64,000 bases of DNA from IMG/VR virus record IMGVR_UViG_3300010370_000027; one strand, written 5' to 3'. The stretch comes from a virus. Both the position numbers and the translations under genes were made by a program. Shown one piece after another: positions 51,808 to 62,600 of the stretch (position 1 is the stretch's first letter; each line of letters begins with the position of its first letter). The notes under the pieces are model-generated. The model had not been told where the DNA came from, did no database searches, and saw nothing but the letters and a program-made list of their open reading frames with translations.

Positions 51808-52993
51808 ACTTTACTGGGAAGGGAGATTCATAGGTCGGAATGTTAACGTTGCAAATCTTCTCGATCTCGCCTATCCTGTCTCCCCTGACATCTATGATAA
51901 TAGCGTCGTGAAGGACGAACAGCGGTCTGATTCCCTCAGACCCAAGGATACGAAGGATGTAATCGAATCCAAGGAGTGACACATCAACTCCCGTGGACTG
52001 AGCGTACGTGTTGACCAATAGATTGTCTTGACCGGTCGGGATGGTAAGCGGCCGTCCAAATCTATTGATCATCTTACCGCTATTTCCCACCTGATCTTTT
52101 AAGCGGCTACGCAATTCATTGACCTTAAAGTAGTCTCGAATGACTCCGATAAAAGAGTCAAGCTTTTGGTCTGAAACTCCGAGTCGAGACTTGAGAGATG
52201 AACGAGATATTCCGTAAAGCTCAGAAAGAACTGCGACTTTAACTATGTCGCGCGGGAGAACACCCTTGAACTGACTGTTTGCTACATCCTCATAGAGATC
52301 TTCTGAGGTAGAGTATCTGCCTGCCTCTCCGAGGACGATTCTCGCCTCTAACGCCCTGAAGTCGACATAGGCGATTATTCCGTCTTCAAACGAAGACTTG
52401 ATGATTCTCCTATTCTCTTTTTTGAGAATCAAAATGTTGGGTCCGTCTATGACGGTAAGCCTACCAGTGCGCGTAGCAAATCTATCGTAGATAACAGGCC
52501 TAGAGAAGCCGCTGCGCTTCGGTCTAAAGCTTTCAAGACCGGGTGATGCAGGATTCTGAGAGAGGGCATCGTTAAAGGCGTCCAAGTCTATGGCGCATGG
52601 ACGGAGAGAGTTGAGAACACGTGTCCCTGCGACCCAGGCTGTCTCGTAATAGTCAAAAGGTAAATTAGGAAAAACAGTAGTTGTTTCCCTTACGACATTT
52701 TTAAAGAATTGCTTAAAGACGCCCTGGGGTAGAACCATTTGCCACGGTATTGAGTTCGAACCTGTGACCAACGTCTTCATAGAAAGAAGGTATCTCTCGG
52801 GGACTTCGGTCACTTTGTGGCCAGACATCTTGAAGAGAGTGTCGAGGCACCGGGCAGTTGAAGAAGTCTTTAGATCGCCTGTCATGTGCCATGCATCACG
52901 TGGAACAGAATCGGACCAAAGAAATCCTTCCTCGTCGCCGACGAGGTGTTTTTCCGTCCCAAGCACGGATGAGTCTATGGCAAATCGATGCAC
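51785..52993 (-). CDS. Truncated family A DNA polymerase (polymerase domain only)
   Basis: TRTGRL, motif A DFRALEAR, motif B KVAVLSELYG, N...QSTGVD, motif C LHDA. Confidence 0.82.
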   Translation of the reverse strand: MHRFAIDSSVLGTEKHLVGDEEGFLWSDSVPRDAWHMTGDLKTSSTARCLDTLFKMSGHKVTEVPERYLLSMKTLVTGSNSIPWQMVLPQGVFKQFFKNVVRETTTVFPNLPFDYYETAWVAGTRVLNSLRPCAIDLDAFNDALSQNPASPGLESFRPKRSGFSRPVIYDRFATRTGRLTVIDGPNILILKKENRRIIKSSFEDGIIAYVDFRALEARIVLGEAGRYSTSEDLYEDVANSQFKGVLPRDIVKVAVLSELYGISRSSLKSRLGVSDQKLDSFIGVIRDYFKVNELRSRLKDQVGNSGKMINRFGRPLTIPTGQDNLLVNTYAQSTGVDVSLLGFDYILRILGSEGIRPLFVLHDAIIIDVRGDRIGEIEKICNVNIPTYESPFPVKFEQLSST

Positions 52994-52999
52994 CTCACA

Positions 53000-53029
53000 A
53001 GTGTACAGCTTGGGAAGTCATGTTTACAC
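53000..53029 (-). promoter_or_regulatory. Sigma70-like promoter, leaderless, for the PolA-like gene
   Basis: GTGTAA-N18-TACACT-N6-GTG. Confidence 0.65.
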
Positions 53030-53031
53030 AA

Positions 53032-55974
53032 CTATTTCTTTGAAGGCTTTGGAGCTAAAGCTGCAACTGCTTCATTTATGACAATCCTAGCTCTCTGATC
53101 CATTAAGCCTGTAATTGTCGGGGGAGCCGTAAACTTTCCGTAGCCGCTGGCGTACATGAAAGTCCAGTTAGTAGTGAACTTACCTGGTGTTATGGAGTGT
53201 TGAAGCTGAGTGCAGTTATAGATGTTGTCTAAAGACGTTCCTGTCTCGAAGTCTACGAAGTACGTCTGATAAAGCTGTGCGATGGGCACTCCCATCGTCG
53301 TCATTGTCAATTGAATTGGAACAGTTCTGAGAGGCAATCCTCCGACTTCCTCGAGAGGATTGCCCGAGACAGTAGCCTGACCTTTTGCTGCAGACTTAGA
53401 GGCATTCATTATGTTTATTGCACCTTGGAGACCAGACGTGGAAGATGCAGCGTTACTGCTAAGAACCATAGTTCCGTTAGTTCCCACAAATATGCAAGGA
53501 ACTTGAGACATCAAGTACTCTTTCAACTTCTTTCTGTCCTTCGGTATTACAATCTTGTCAGCGCCAGCGCCGGGTTGTCGAATCTTTACGATGCTGTTAA
53601 CAGTCTCTTGACCTACTCCTGCATTGTTGAGCGCCGTCTTATAATCTACGCCGCTGTTAAGATCTGTCTGAAGCTTCTTTAGCTTTGCAGAGTCCATTCC
53701 CTTTATGGCCTCTCTTAGATTTGCGTCAGCAGGTCCAGTGAGAACTTCTGCAACTTCAAAACTCGAACCAGTATCTATTATTTGCTGCGCCAATCTATAA
53801 GGATTGTTGGCACGATCATAGATGTGAATACGCTTTATGATCCGCTTGGATCCTCCTCTGGAAGCAGGTACGGCATTGTTCTCCTCGTAATTGAGACGTG
53901 TCGCACTTCTCTTTAATTGTTCTACAGTGTACTTTATCTTGTCGCTTTCTTCACCGTTCTCTACGAACATCTCTATGATTGGCATTGTGAGAGAACCGTA
54001 CCGAGAAATCCACTTGCTCATGCCAGCTTCTACGTCTTTGCTGTTTTCGATCCTGTGTATCTCATTGGGCTTCGTGGGATCAATTTGGTCAAAGTAGGAA
54101 TTCATACCGTAGCCTATTGCACGCTGATCAGAAAACTGTGTCTCTATGATCAACCTAAGGAAAGCCTGTACCGATAGAGATTCGAGGCCCGTGGTTTTGA
54201 TGGCATTGTTATAGGCGTATTTTAGGGCTGTAAGATTGACAGGAAACTCTGCGATGCTCTGGTTGCTGAGGGGACCGCACTGATCGTTGAGTCCGTAGAA
54301 AAATATTTGCAATTCATCGCAAGATTCAGACGAAGCGACTCGAGGAGCAACAAAAGAGGTGAAAAGCTTTCCAAAAGAAACGACCTCAATGCCAACGTTC
54401 AAGTCCGGGTTGTTTTCCGCGGATTTTCTGATGACTTCCATTCTCTTTTCGTGCTTTTCTTTAAAATCGCTGATGGATTTTGCAAGCCACGAATCGACAA
54501 AATACTCAGGATTTTTATCTTTAGAAGCAAGAAACGGATCCTTGTTGTTTGACAAGTCCTTAAATTTCTTTGCGACAGACGCCCCGATAGACTTCTTTAT
54601 TTTATCGTAGCTGTACTTGCCTTCGTTCAAGGAGTCGAGCTTGTCTTTCAATTCATTTGACTGTGCTTCAGGTAAGTTGCTGTACTCAAGATTCGCTTTG
54701 AGCGAAGCTATGGTTCTCTTTACGTCTTTTAGCTCGTTTAGGAAGCCGCTAGTGGATGCTGCGTTAAGTAGCTGGTCAGCAGAAACGCTGATGGCGAACT
54801 TATTCTCACCGACAAGTTTTGTCTTTATCTCAGCGATTGACTTTATCACGTTGTGAAAGTCTTTTATCTCGTCGCTGACTTCATCGACAGTTAGATTCTC
54901 GAGAGCTTTTGCAGCTCTACTGACAAGCTCAAGGTTCATCGAGACCTGACCCGATCCGTCAAAAGAGAATTGAGAATTCACGACGGACCAACACTCGCGA
55001 ATGATCATGGACTCGTTTATGAATTTCGCGTAGTCGTCGTCCTGCATCCTGTTCATGGGAGCAATCCAGCCGTAAGTCGTCCAAATTATGGCCTTGTTGA
55101 ATCCAGAGCTTCCCTTAATAAATTCTGCAATCTCAGAGATCCTTGCCTTATCGTGTATTACGAATTTTAATGTGCCCTTCTTGTGCGCGAACGCTCCCGC
55201 ACCAGCATTGGAAATTGTAACGTCGAATCCCTGGAGAGTTGCAAATGGTAGAAAGGGTTTCGCGCGGACGAGGCGCCCCTTGTGCGGAAGGAGGTCGTCC
55301 ATGTTTGTGAGAGTCTGAGGCATTAGAAACATTTCCATCCCAGACAAACCAAAGCTTTCCTCCCCATTTTGAGGCTTAAATAAGTCAGAGTCTCTGATGA
55401 CCTTGTCCTGTGGAGTCAGCTCGCTATCGGCTTTTGCACCTATCAAAAATCTTAAAGCACTGGGGGTATTGAGCGAATCGAGGGAAGCGCCCTGCATTTG
55501 AAATTCAACGTCAAGGTAGGGCACCATAGAAGAGGCGACTACGGGAGGTGTATAATTCAAGAAAAAATCAACGTTGTCTGTCCCGCGAGCTGCCGGTGTT
55601 ATGTAGGGACTTTTTGTTACAAAGACCGAGGCCACGAAATTCTTCTCTTTTATGGCTCCGATAATTCCGGACAAATTTTCTACACCTTTCCCCCAGTAAT
55701 CCTCATCAGCGAGATTAAGACGTTCTGAGCTTGTTATCGCATGAAATTGAGTACCGGTATTTTTTCTTGTGGTTTCTTCGGAAGTTTTGCTAAAATGTTT
55801 TTTTACTTCTTCAAATATAACTTTGCTTGAATACAGTTCGCCGCGGGGAGCCAAGATCATCTTAGAGAGAATGTCGACGATGCTCTCTTTTTTAGTCGTA
55901 GACTCTTGAAAGCTTCCTTGTAAGTCGGAAGGCTTTAGATACTTGTAGATGTCTTCAAGATTCTTGAAATCCAT
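53032..55974 (-). CDS. Large tail/baseplate structural protein (hub-like)
   Basis: Position after the LysM/tail-X gene; C-terminal LTMTTMG.P...Q.YFVDF.TGT.LDNIY....HSI.PGKFTT. Confidence 0.55.
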   Translation of the reverse strand: MDFKNLEDIYKYLKPSDLQGSFQESTTKKESIVDILSKMILAPRGELYSSKVIFEEVKKHFSKTSEETTRKNTGTQFHAITSSERLNLADEDYWGKGVENLSGIIGAIKEKNFVASVFVTKSPYITPAARGTDNVDFFLNYTPPVVASSMVPYLDVEFQMQGASLDSLNTPSALRFLIGAKADSELTPQDKVIRDSDLFKPQNGEESFGLSGMEMFLMPQTLTNMDDLLPHKGRLVRAKPFLPFATLQGFDVTISNAGAGAFAHKKGTLKFVIHDKARISEIAEFIKGSSGFNKAIIWTTYGWIAPMNRMQDDDYAKFINESMIIRECWSVVNSQFSFDGSGQVSMNLELVSRAAKALENLTVDEVSDEIKDFHNVIKSIAEIKTKLVGENKFAISVSADQLLNAASTSGFLNELKDVKRTIASLKANLEYSNLPEAQSNELKDKLDSLNEGKYSYDKIKKSIGASVAKKFKDLSNNKDPFLASKDKNPEYFVDSWLAKSISDFKEKHEKRMEVIRKSAENNPDLNVGIEVVSFGKLFTSFVAPRVASSESCDELQIFFYGLNDQCGPLSNQSIAEFPVNLTALKYAYNNAIKTTGLESLSVQAFLRLIIETQFSDQRAIGYGMNSYFDQIDPTKPNEIHRIENSKDVEAGMSKWISRYGSLTMPIIEMFVENGEESDKIKYTVEQLKRSATRLNYEENNAVPASRGGSKRIIKRIHIYDRANNPYRLAQQIIDTGSSFEVAEVLTGPADANLREAIKGMDSAKLKKLQTDLNSGVDYKTALNNAGVGQETVNSIVKIRQPGAGADKIVIPKDRKKLKEYLMSQVPCIFVGTNGTMVLSSNAASSTSGLQGAINIMNASKSAAKGQATVSGNPLEEVGGLPLRTVPIQLTMTTMGVPIAQLYQTYFVDFETGTSLDNIYNCTQLQHSITPGKFTTNWTFMYASGYGKFTAPPTITGLMDQRARIVINEAVAALAPKPSKK

Positions 55975-55975
55975 G

Positions 55976-56272
55976 TTATCTCACATATAGAAGCGCATCA
56001 GAGAGGCTAACAACGTTAATGACAGTCCCAGGTGGAACCTGAAGTCCCCATCCAATTCCACTAGCAATTGCCAGTACCCACCAATACTTGGCGTCGCCGT
56101 AGACTGTACCCGCTAAAGAGTCGAGTCTGTCGTTGCCCGTGAGAGTGAATGAAGAGACGATTGGAACTCGTCCTTCTTTTATGGCGCGCTTCAGGAGAAG
56201 AGAAGCGTCTGGTGTTCCAAGCTGTTGTCCAAGATTTATTCGAGAGTCTGTGCCGTATCTGCTTGTTGCCAT
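55976..56272 (-). CDS. LysM/tail-X-like baseplate protein
   Basis: DRLDSLAGTVYGDAKYWWVLAIASGI...VPPGTVI. Confidence 0.8.
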   Translation of the reverse strand: MATSRYGTDSRINLGQQLGTPDASLLLKRAIKEGRVPIVSSFTLTGNDRLDSLAGTVYGDAKYWWVLAIASGIGWGLQVPPGTVINVVSLSDALLYVR

Positions 56273-56287
56273 GCTACACCTCCTGCT

Positions 56288-59200
56288 TTACTTCCTAAAG
56301 AACCCACCAACTGAATAAACTGGTGCTCTGTTGCCACCTTCGTGATCAAGACCAGGGGATATGTCGTGGATGGGTGAGAATGATATGGTGACCTTGCACA
56401 TCTTGGGAGCCTTTCCAGAATTTCCTGCAACTTCCCAGGTGACCCTGTCGTACCAATCGAAGCTCATTGACTCGATAAACCCAGCGAGTCCTTTGCCGCC
56501 AGAAGACTTGAAAGACTTAGTGATAGAGTTTTTCTCTTCAGACATGAATTCAACTACGCTGGCAGAGTATGAGCTTTCTTTGTCGTTCAATCTCAATAAC
56601 TCTTGTTTGTAAAATTCTTCTGTATCTTCTGAAAACTCTATTAGTTCCTCGCTAAAAGAAACCTTGGCACCCAAAAGATTACTTGCATCCATATCTGCAG
56701 CGAGAGCATAGCTATCTTCGGTCGAATTATTAGGATCTGCTATAACTTCAAACTCATATAATTCGTCCTTTTTTACTACTTTAGTGAGCTTTAATAGTAA
56801 GTAATCTAACGAAGTAGACTTCAGATTAATGGAAACATTATCAGATGAAGCGCTCGTGACTTGAGCGCCCGTTATTTTACCACTCTTAGTCATAAAAGTC
56901 TTGCCTATAGAATAAGCCCTGCTTCTAGCTTTTTCTACGGCCACCTTTTCATCGATTTTCTTTTCATTCTCTGTAGTTGGCACATCAATGTCGTTAAATT
57001 TAGTACCTCTATATGTGTAGCCAAACAGTCTTGCAAGATTAAACTTGCTATAGTTGGATCTGATAAGATCACCAATTCTTATTCGAACAAGCGGCGAAGC
57101 CTGTATTGTCTGACTGAAAGGCATGTGTATGTTGTACTGCTTGTCAGGTGTCGCAAGCAGTCTTCCCTCTGTGTATTGAGGATAGACTAGTGTGACAAGT
57201 TTATTTATTTTCTCCCACATAGCATTGAAATCGTCCTGGCTAGTTGATGCTACGTAGAAAGAAAATCCTATCCTTCGCTGTGTTCCCTTGTAGGTCTTGA
57301 TGGGTTCTACTCTTCCAAATCCCTCAGAAGAATCGTAAGTGGCAGAATAGTCATCGCTAAGTGATGCAAGAAAAGCGTGGAAACTCAATATTTCATTTGT
57401 TCTAACATCGTGAAAATAGAAAGGAACGTACTCAGCATCGAGAGATGCTTCCATTTTTTCTCTATCTGTTGTACTAATTCTATCTTTACCGGCTTCTCCT
57501 TCTTTGCCGCTTATGATTGCTGGTGCGCCTAGAGCTTTTAGAGAATTGACATCAACATGCTTTAGTCCCTTTGGATACAGTAGAAGATTTTCAGCAGTCG
57601 AAGCAGACCATGTAAGTTTAGTAAAAATTGTATCTTTTAGGCTAAGTCTTCCTTTGAGAACATTCGTATTTGGTTGTCTATCTATTTCAGATAAGTGTCG
57701 TCCATCTGTTGTGATCTTTGGGTCTTTTGCATCATAAAGGTATGCATCTCCAAGACGAGAAAAAACCTTAAGAGAGCCCATGAATTTTGACTCTCTAAAA
57801 ACATTTACAAATTCTAGCGTCTGCTGCATTCCTGTGACAAAGTTGCCGCTTGCAAAAGACTTTCCTAGAGAAAGAAGAGAATCACTGATCAGCAAAAAAG
57901 ATCTGTTGATGCTGCGTGCCATTATCGTGTAATAGCCGGGATTCTTCATTGCAGACTTAGGACCTTCCGCAGCGGCAATTCCTGAAAGATTTCCAATACC
58001 AAAACTAGCATTATCAGGTGGCGCAATTCCGAAGAATAGAAGGACTCCCGCGCCAAGACACTTACTCAATGGGTGCATCGTGGGAGGAAATCCTAGCAGA
58101 CCCCAGAAATCAAAATCGCTGCCCTGAGAAACAATAGATGCCAAACTGCTGTAGTCCAATCGATTGCTCTTCTTGCCGTAAGATCTTCCAAGCGGTCTTA
58201 TGCCACTGTTGTCCATTGGAGAAACATTTGGAGACAAGTCTATGCCTGGCAGGATCTGTGAAATAAGCGTGACAACGAGACTCAATGCAACAATGAGCGC
58301 GACGGCTAGAAGCTGCATTCCAAAATTGGATATTCCGGCATATTGATCAAGAACGTTGTTTAGTGTACCCCAAGACTGCTTCGCAGGATTGATCAACAGG
58401 TTGTCGTCAATTCCTTCCATCGTCAAGGACTCAAGTACGCTTGCCGCCTCGAGTTGCTCTCTCTCGAGTCTATAGACGCCAAGCTGAGTAGAGCCGGGCA
58501 ATATCGCGCCTGCTTGACTTGCGTTGTCTGTCGGGTTGTTTCCTGGGTCGAGAGACTTGAGCTCGAGGCCCGCTCTTATGGAAAGAGCATTTCCTATCTG
58601 TGCCAACCTCGCGTAAGAAATGTTTCTCTCGGGTGCTTCCTTTGGAAGACTCTTGCCCATGGGATACTTGTAGGCGTATTGGGCGTCTCTTATTTGAGAC
58701 GTCTCGGGCTTTGTGGGATAAGAATTGTCTGAGGTGAATCTGTTGTTGAGCAGTGATCTACTGTAGATTCCCACGGGATCGAGGTCAGAAAGCTTCTTGT
58801 ATGGTTTTTCGGGATCCGCCTCGAGCTCCAAGTTTTTCAAGAGTGCGTTGCCGTCGGGCGGGACAAGGACTCCAATCTCAACGGGTTGACGTCCGCGGAG
58901 CATTCTCAAATTTGCAGCGGCAGAAGACCGACTGTCTCCGGGCTGAACGTCAACAAAGTGTGGCTGTTCTTTGGATGACGGAGAGAGAGGTTGAGGAAAG
59001 CCCCTCTCGTCATTCAACGTGGATGAATTTGGATCCTCGTTCTCATTGTGAGCAATTGGATACTTGTTGCTCACAGATGTGGGCGAAGAAGGAGTCTGAC
59101 CGAGTGTGGTCTTGCTCAAATACGACGCGAGAGTGCGCTTCGTCCCGTTAGATATGTCCTTGTTCTCATGATCGACATTAATGTCTCCGGGACTCCAAGG

Positions 59201-59314
59201 AATCGGAGGCTCGTCGCCTACGGTCGAACCCGTGTCAAATGTGTACCTGTTGGTAGAATTTTTGACAGTAACGGAGAAACCACCTGTTCCTGTATCTAAT
59301 TTATCCCTAGACAT
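56288..59314 (-). CDS. Large baseplate/tail-tube-initiator-like protein
   Basis: FHAFLASLSDDY......GFGRVEPIKTYKGTQRRIGFSF, PLVRIRIGD, P.MCKVTISFSPIHD; lies between the tape measure and LysM genes. Confidence 0.6.
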   Translation of the reverse strand: MSRDKLDTGTGGFSVTVKNSTNRYTFDTGSTVGDEPPIPWSPGDINVDHENKDISNGTKRTLASYLSKTTLGQTPSSPTSVSNKYPIAHNENEDPNSSTLNDERGFPQPLSPSSKEQPHFVDVQPGDSRSSAAANLRMLRGRQPVEIGVLVPPDGNALLKNLELEADPEKPYKKLSDLDPVGIYSRSLLNNRFTSDNSYPTKPETSQIRDAQYAYKYPMGKSLPKEAPERNISYARLAQIGNALSIRAGLELKSLDPGNNPTDNASQAGAILPGSTQLGVYRLEREQLEAASVLESLTMEGIDDNLLINPAKQSWGTLNNVLDQYAGISNFGMQLLAVALIVALSLVVTLISQILPGIDLSPNVSPMDNSGIRPLGRSYGKKSNRLDYSSLASIVSQGSDFDFWGLLGFPPTMHPLSKCLGAGVLLFFGIAPPDNASFGIGNLSGIAAAEGPKSAMKNPGYYTIMARSINRSFLLISDSLLSLGKSFASGNFVTGMQQTLEFVNVFRESKFMGSLKVFSRLGDAYLYDAKDPKITTDGRHLSEIDRQPNTNVLKGRLSLKDTIFTKLTWSASTAENLLLYPKGLKHVDVNSLKALGAPAIISGKEGEAGKDRISTTDREKMEASLDAEYVPFYFHDVRTNEILSFHAFLASLSDDYSATYDSSEGFGRVEPIKTYKGTQRRIGFSFYVASTSQDDFNAMWEKINKLVTLVYPQYTEGRLLATPDKQYNIHMPFSQTIQASPLVRIRIGDLIRSNYSKFNLARLFGYTYRGTKFNDIDVPTTENEKKIDEKVAVEKARSRAYSIGKTFMTKSGKITGAQVTSASSDNVSINLKSTSLDYLLLKLTKVVKKDELYEFEVIADPNNSTEDSYALAADMDASNLLGAKVSFSEELIEFSEDTEEFYKQELLRLNDKESSYSASVVEFMSEEKNSITKSFKSSGGKGLAGFIESMSFDWYDRVTWEVAGNSGKAPKMCKVTISFSPIHDISPGLDHEGGNRAPVYSVGGFFRK

Positions 59315-59325
59315 TTGTAGACGAC

Positions 59326-59571
59326 CTAACCTTCGGCACTGCCACTAGTAATTAATTCCTTGCCGATTTCTAGGTATGCGTTCTTCACAGCTTCGGGATC
59401 CTTTTCTATCGCTTGTGCCACCGGCTCGTATACCTGAGTGAAGAACTTGTCCATGAAGTCTTCAGTGTATGCCTTTATGGCGCGGCGCTCGGCGTCGCTC
59501 GTGGCTCGAGAGAGAACTGTCTTAAACACGTCGTTCTCTCTAAGCAGCTTGAGATAATCTTCCTTTTTCAT
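59326..59571 (-). CDS. Small hypothetical protein
   Basis: GGGAG Shine-Dalgarno; within the tail module. Confidence 0.6.
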   Translation of the reverse strand: MKKEDYLKLLRENDVFKTVLSRATSDAERRAIKAYTEDFMDKFFTQVYEPVAQAIEKDPEAVKNAYLEIGKELITSGSAEG

Positions 59572-59606
59572 TGATTAAAAACTCCCATGAATATTAAATT
59601 ACAATA

Positions 59607-62600
59607 TTAGAGGGAGCCTGGAATGTCTGATCCGTAGTATCCTGTTATGGATGCAGGGGTCGACTTGAGGAGAGCATTCTTCGTGTTGGTGTCAGACTTT
59701 GCACCTCTATCGAGAGCAAAGTTGATTCTGTCTCTGATGACTGACTTCTTGTTGCCGATCATCACCTTCTCGAGCTCTTGGGCGTCCATGGTGACGTTGA
59801 ATGTCACGTTAAGAACGACTTCCTTGCTCTGTACTGTGTAGGTTTTCGAAGCAGATCCACCTAGACCCATAGCTCCAGCCACCTGCGTTAAACGAGCGCC
59901 AATGTCGATCTTGTCAATACTTGCGAGGGCGGCGTCCATCTTTTTAGTTGCTGCCACCATGTCTTCGACAGCCTTTAAAGTCCTCGCGATGCCCTGCCTT
60001 GCTACACCTTCAGAAGAGGAAATAGAGTTTGAGAATTCTGTCATCGAAGAAGAAAGACCAGCAGCGTCTTGGAACATTTTTCTTGCATTCTCGAGACCTA
60101 TCGAAGCCGTCTGAATCGCTGAGACATCAATTTTGTTTTCACCAGCAAACATGTCTTTTGTGGCGTTTATTGCCTTAGAAAGGTTGCCGTCTTTGCTAAC
60201 GGCTTTCATTGCAGCAGAGTCAGGGCTGAAAGCGTTTCCGAGAGCTGCCAGCTTGTCGGCTGCAACCTTCGTGGTTCCTCCAATGTCAGCGATGTTGGCC
60301 ATTATCTGCTGAACAGTCTGTAGACGAGCGAGAGCCGTGTTCATCTGCAGTTGCTGCGGTTCGTCCATTATGAACCAATTGATTCCGGACAATTTTGCGC
60401 GAATTGCGTCGAGCTTGCCTTGAATGTCGAAGTCTTTACTCATGACTTTCTTCGACATTTCTTCGATCTTTTTGAACCGCTCTGTTGCGTTTTCTATCGT
60501 GACGGGCCCAAGCTCTTTCAGTGCCTTCTCGCTATTCTTCGCGATCCACTCTTTTGTTCCCTGAGTATTTTCAGCTATAAGCTTTTGAACTCTCTCATTA
60601 GATCTACCTGCCTCTGCTCTTAATTCAGACCAGAGATTTTGTTGCGCTGCTTCAAATCTTCTAACGTGGCCAGCGTGTTCGTCACCACTGCCAAAGATAC
60701 TATCCACAGTTCTGTCAAACCAGCTGCCAGTTTTTCCAGCTTGTTTGCTGGCATCTTCCATTTCTTTTTGCAGCTTTTGCATCCTAGACTTAGGATCTAT
60801 GTCTTTTCCAAGGTCTTCATAGAATGATTCAGTTTCTTTTTGAGACTCTTCACGAGCTTTTGCATAAGAGTCCTTGAGCCATTGTGTGCCAAAGACTATG
60901 CCCGCCAATGCGGCAGCTACGGCGGCGGCGAGGACCGCAGGCGCTGCACCGATTCCTGCAACAAATGATGATACCCAAGCAGCGGCAGTTTTCAAACCAG
61001 CCGTACCGCCAATTGCGACGAAGCCGTTGACCAATGCTGGGCCGAACTTAACAAAAAGAATTGTTAATTTTTGTTCCCAGGGCATGGCATCCCAAACAGA
61101 CTGAACTGCTTGCCACAGCTTATCAACAATTACTGCGCCAAGTCTTGCAAGAGGACCAGAAAGTTTCTCGCCTGCATCCATGAGAGCTCGTCCAAGAGGC
61201 TTAAATGCCTCCATGACTGTTGACACCACCTTTGATGCAGGAGGTAAATTCCTTCTTAATTCGTTCGGTTTAAGCCAGTTAGTAAATGACTCAACTGCAT
61301 TGACAACAAAAGGCACAGCGGCGCTAGTTATCCACACGGACAAGTCAGAAATTGCTTTTGTCATATGTTGCATTACAGCTCGAGTCGTAGGGCCTGGGTC
61401 TTCAAACTCGTGTACTATTTTTTTGTACGTATCTTTCAGGGCGTTGAATGCCCACTCACCTGTTGCAATCAATATTCCAAGAACAGCTTTGCCAAACTTC
61501 TTAAATCCTTCTTTGACCTTCTCTCCCGCGCCGCCGCTCGTAAAATCTGCAAAGACCGCTTTTATCCTCTCGACAAAGTCTTCTATCTTTCCGCTACCGC
61601 TGACCCTAAAGACGTCAAGAGCCTTGAAGACTCCATCGAACATTTTTCTAAACCGTGCAGGATCAAACACTTCTTTGATACCGGTGAATATCTCCTTCAC
61701 GCCTGGAAACAAGTTGACAAATTCCCTTCCGAACTTGACGCCTTCCTGCGTGGCAATCCTCAGAACTTGTCTGATGTTCATCATCATGCCGATAAATTCC
61801 TTCGAGGTTTGTATGCCTCTAAAGAATCCGTCAAGGAAGTGATCCATGATACCGCCGTGACCGCCGCTTCCTGACGGGAAGGTCCTCTTGATCGAGTCAC
61901 CAAGAGCCTTTATAGCTTCTGTCTGGCTCATCGTGGCCTTCTCGGCCTTCTCGGCCTCTGTCTTCATCCTGTCGAGAGAGACGCCTGCGTTCTTCGCTGC
62001 AAATGCAGAGTTCATCAACTCGTCGGACATGCCGGTCTGCTGCTTGATGAACATTCTGTCCTGATATGTCAGTTTCGACATATCCTTGCCGGTTGCAGCG
62101 AAGGCCTTCCTGAGAAGCTCCACCTTTTCCGCAGGGTTCTGAGCCATCATCACCTCTGTGGCGTCGAGGTTCGTGCCGTACTGCTCGTTCAACTTCGACA
62201 TGCCTTCTGCAGCCTGGTCGTACGTGGCAGTCTGATCCATTATGGCTGTGAGCTTGTCAACGGATACACCGAGCTTATTGGCAAATGTGGCAGCGACAGC
62301 CATCTCTTTTGTCGACAGATGACCGAAGTGTGCGAGGTCAGACATCGCCTTTGCCATGTCCTTAGAGATGACTTTTGCATTTACGCCGAATGCCTTGCTC
62401 ATTCCGAGAGCCTGCTTCGTCATCTCGTTCTGGACTTTTGCGATACTCGTTCCCATCCTCATTGCATTTGATGCAATGGTGGACATCTGCTCGTTCGTAA
62501 TGCCGAGACCCCTCTGATACAGCATCATCGCTGTACCGTTCTCTTCGACCTCCCCTTGGAAGACTTGGAATGCTGCACCCATTCCCTGGGCCATCTCTGT

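Noticed and set aside
56236-56430. 64-aa ORF bridging the baseplate and LysM genes as a possible frameshift
   Set aside because: Both genes have proper ends, the LysM gene has a strong AGGAGG Shine-Dalgarno, and no slippery site is evident
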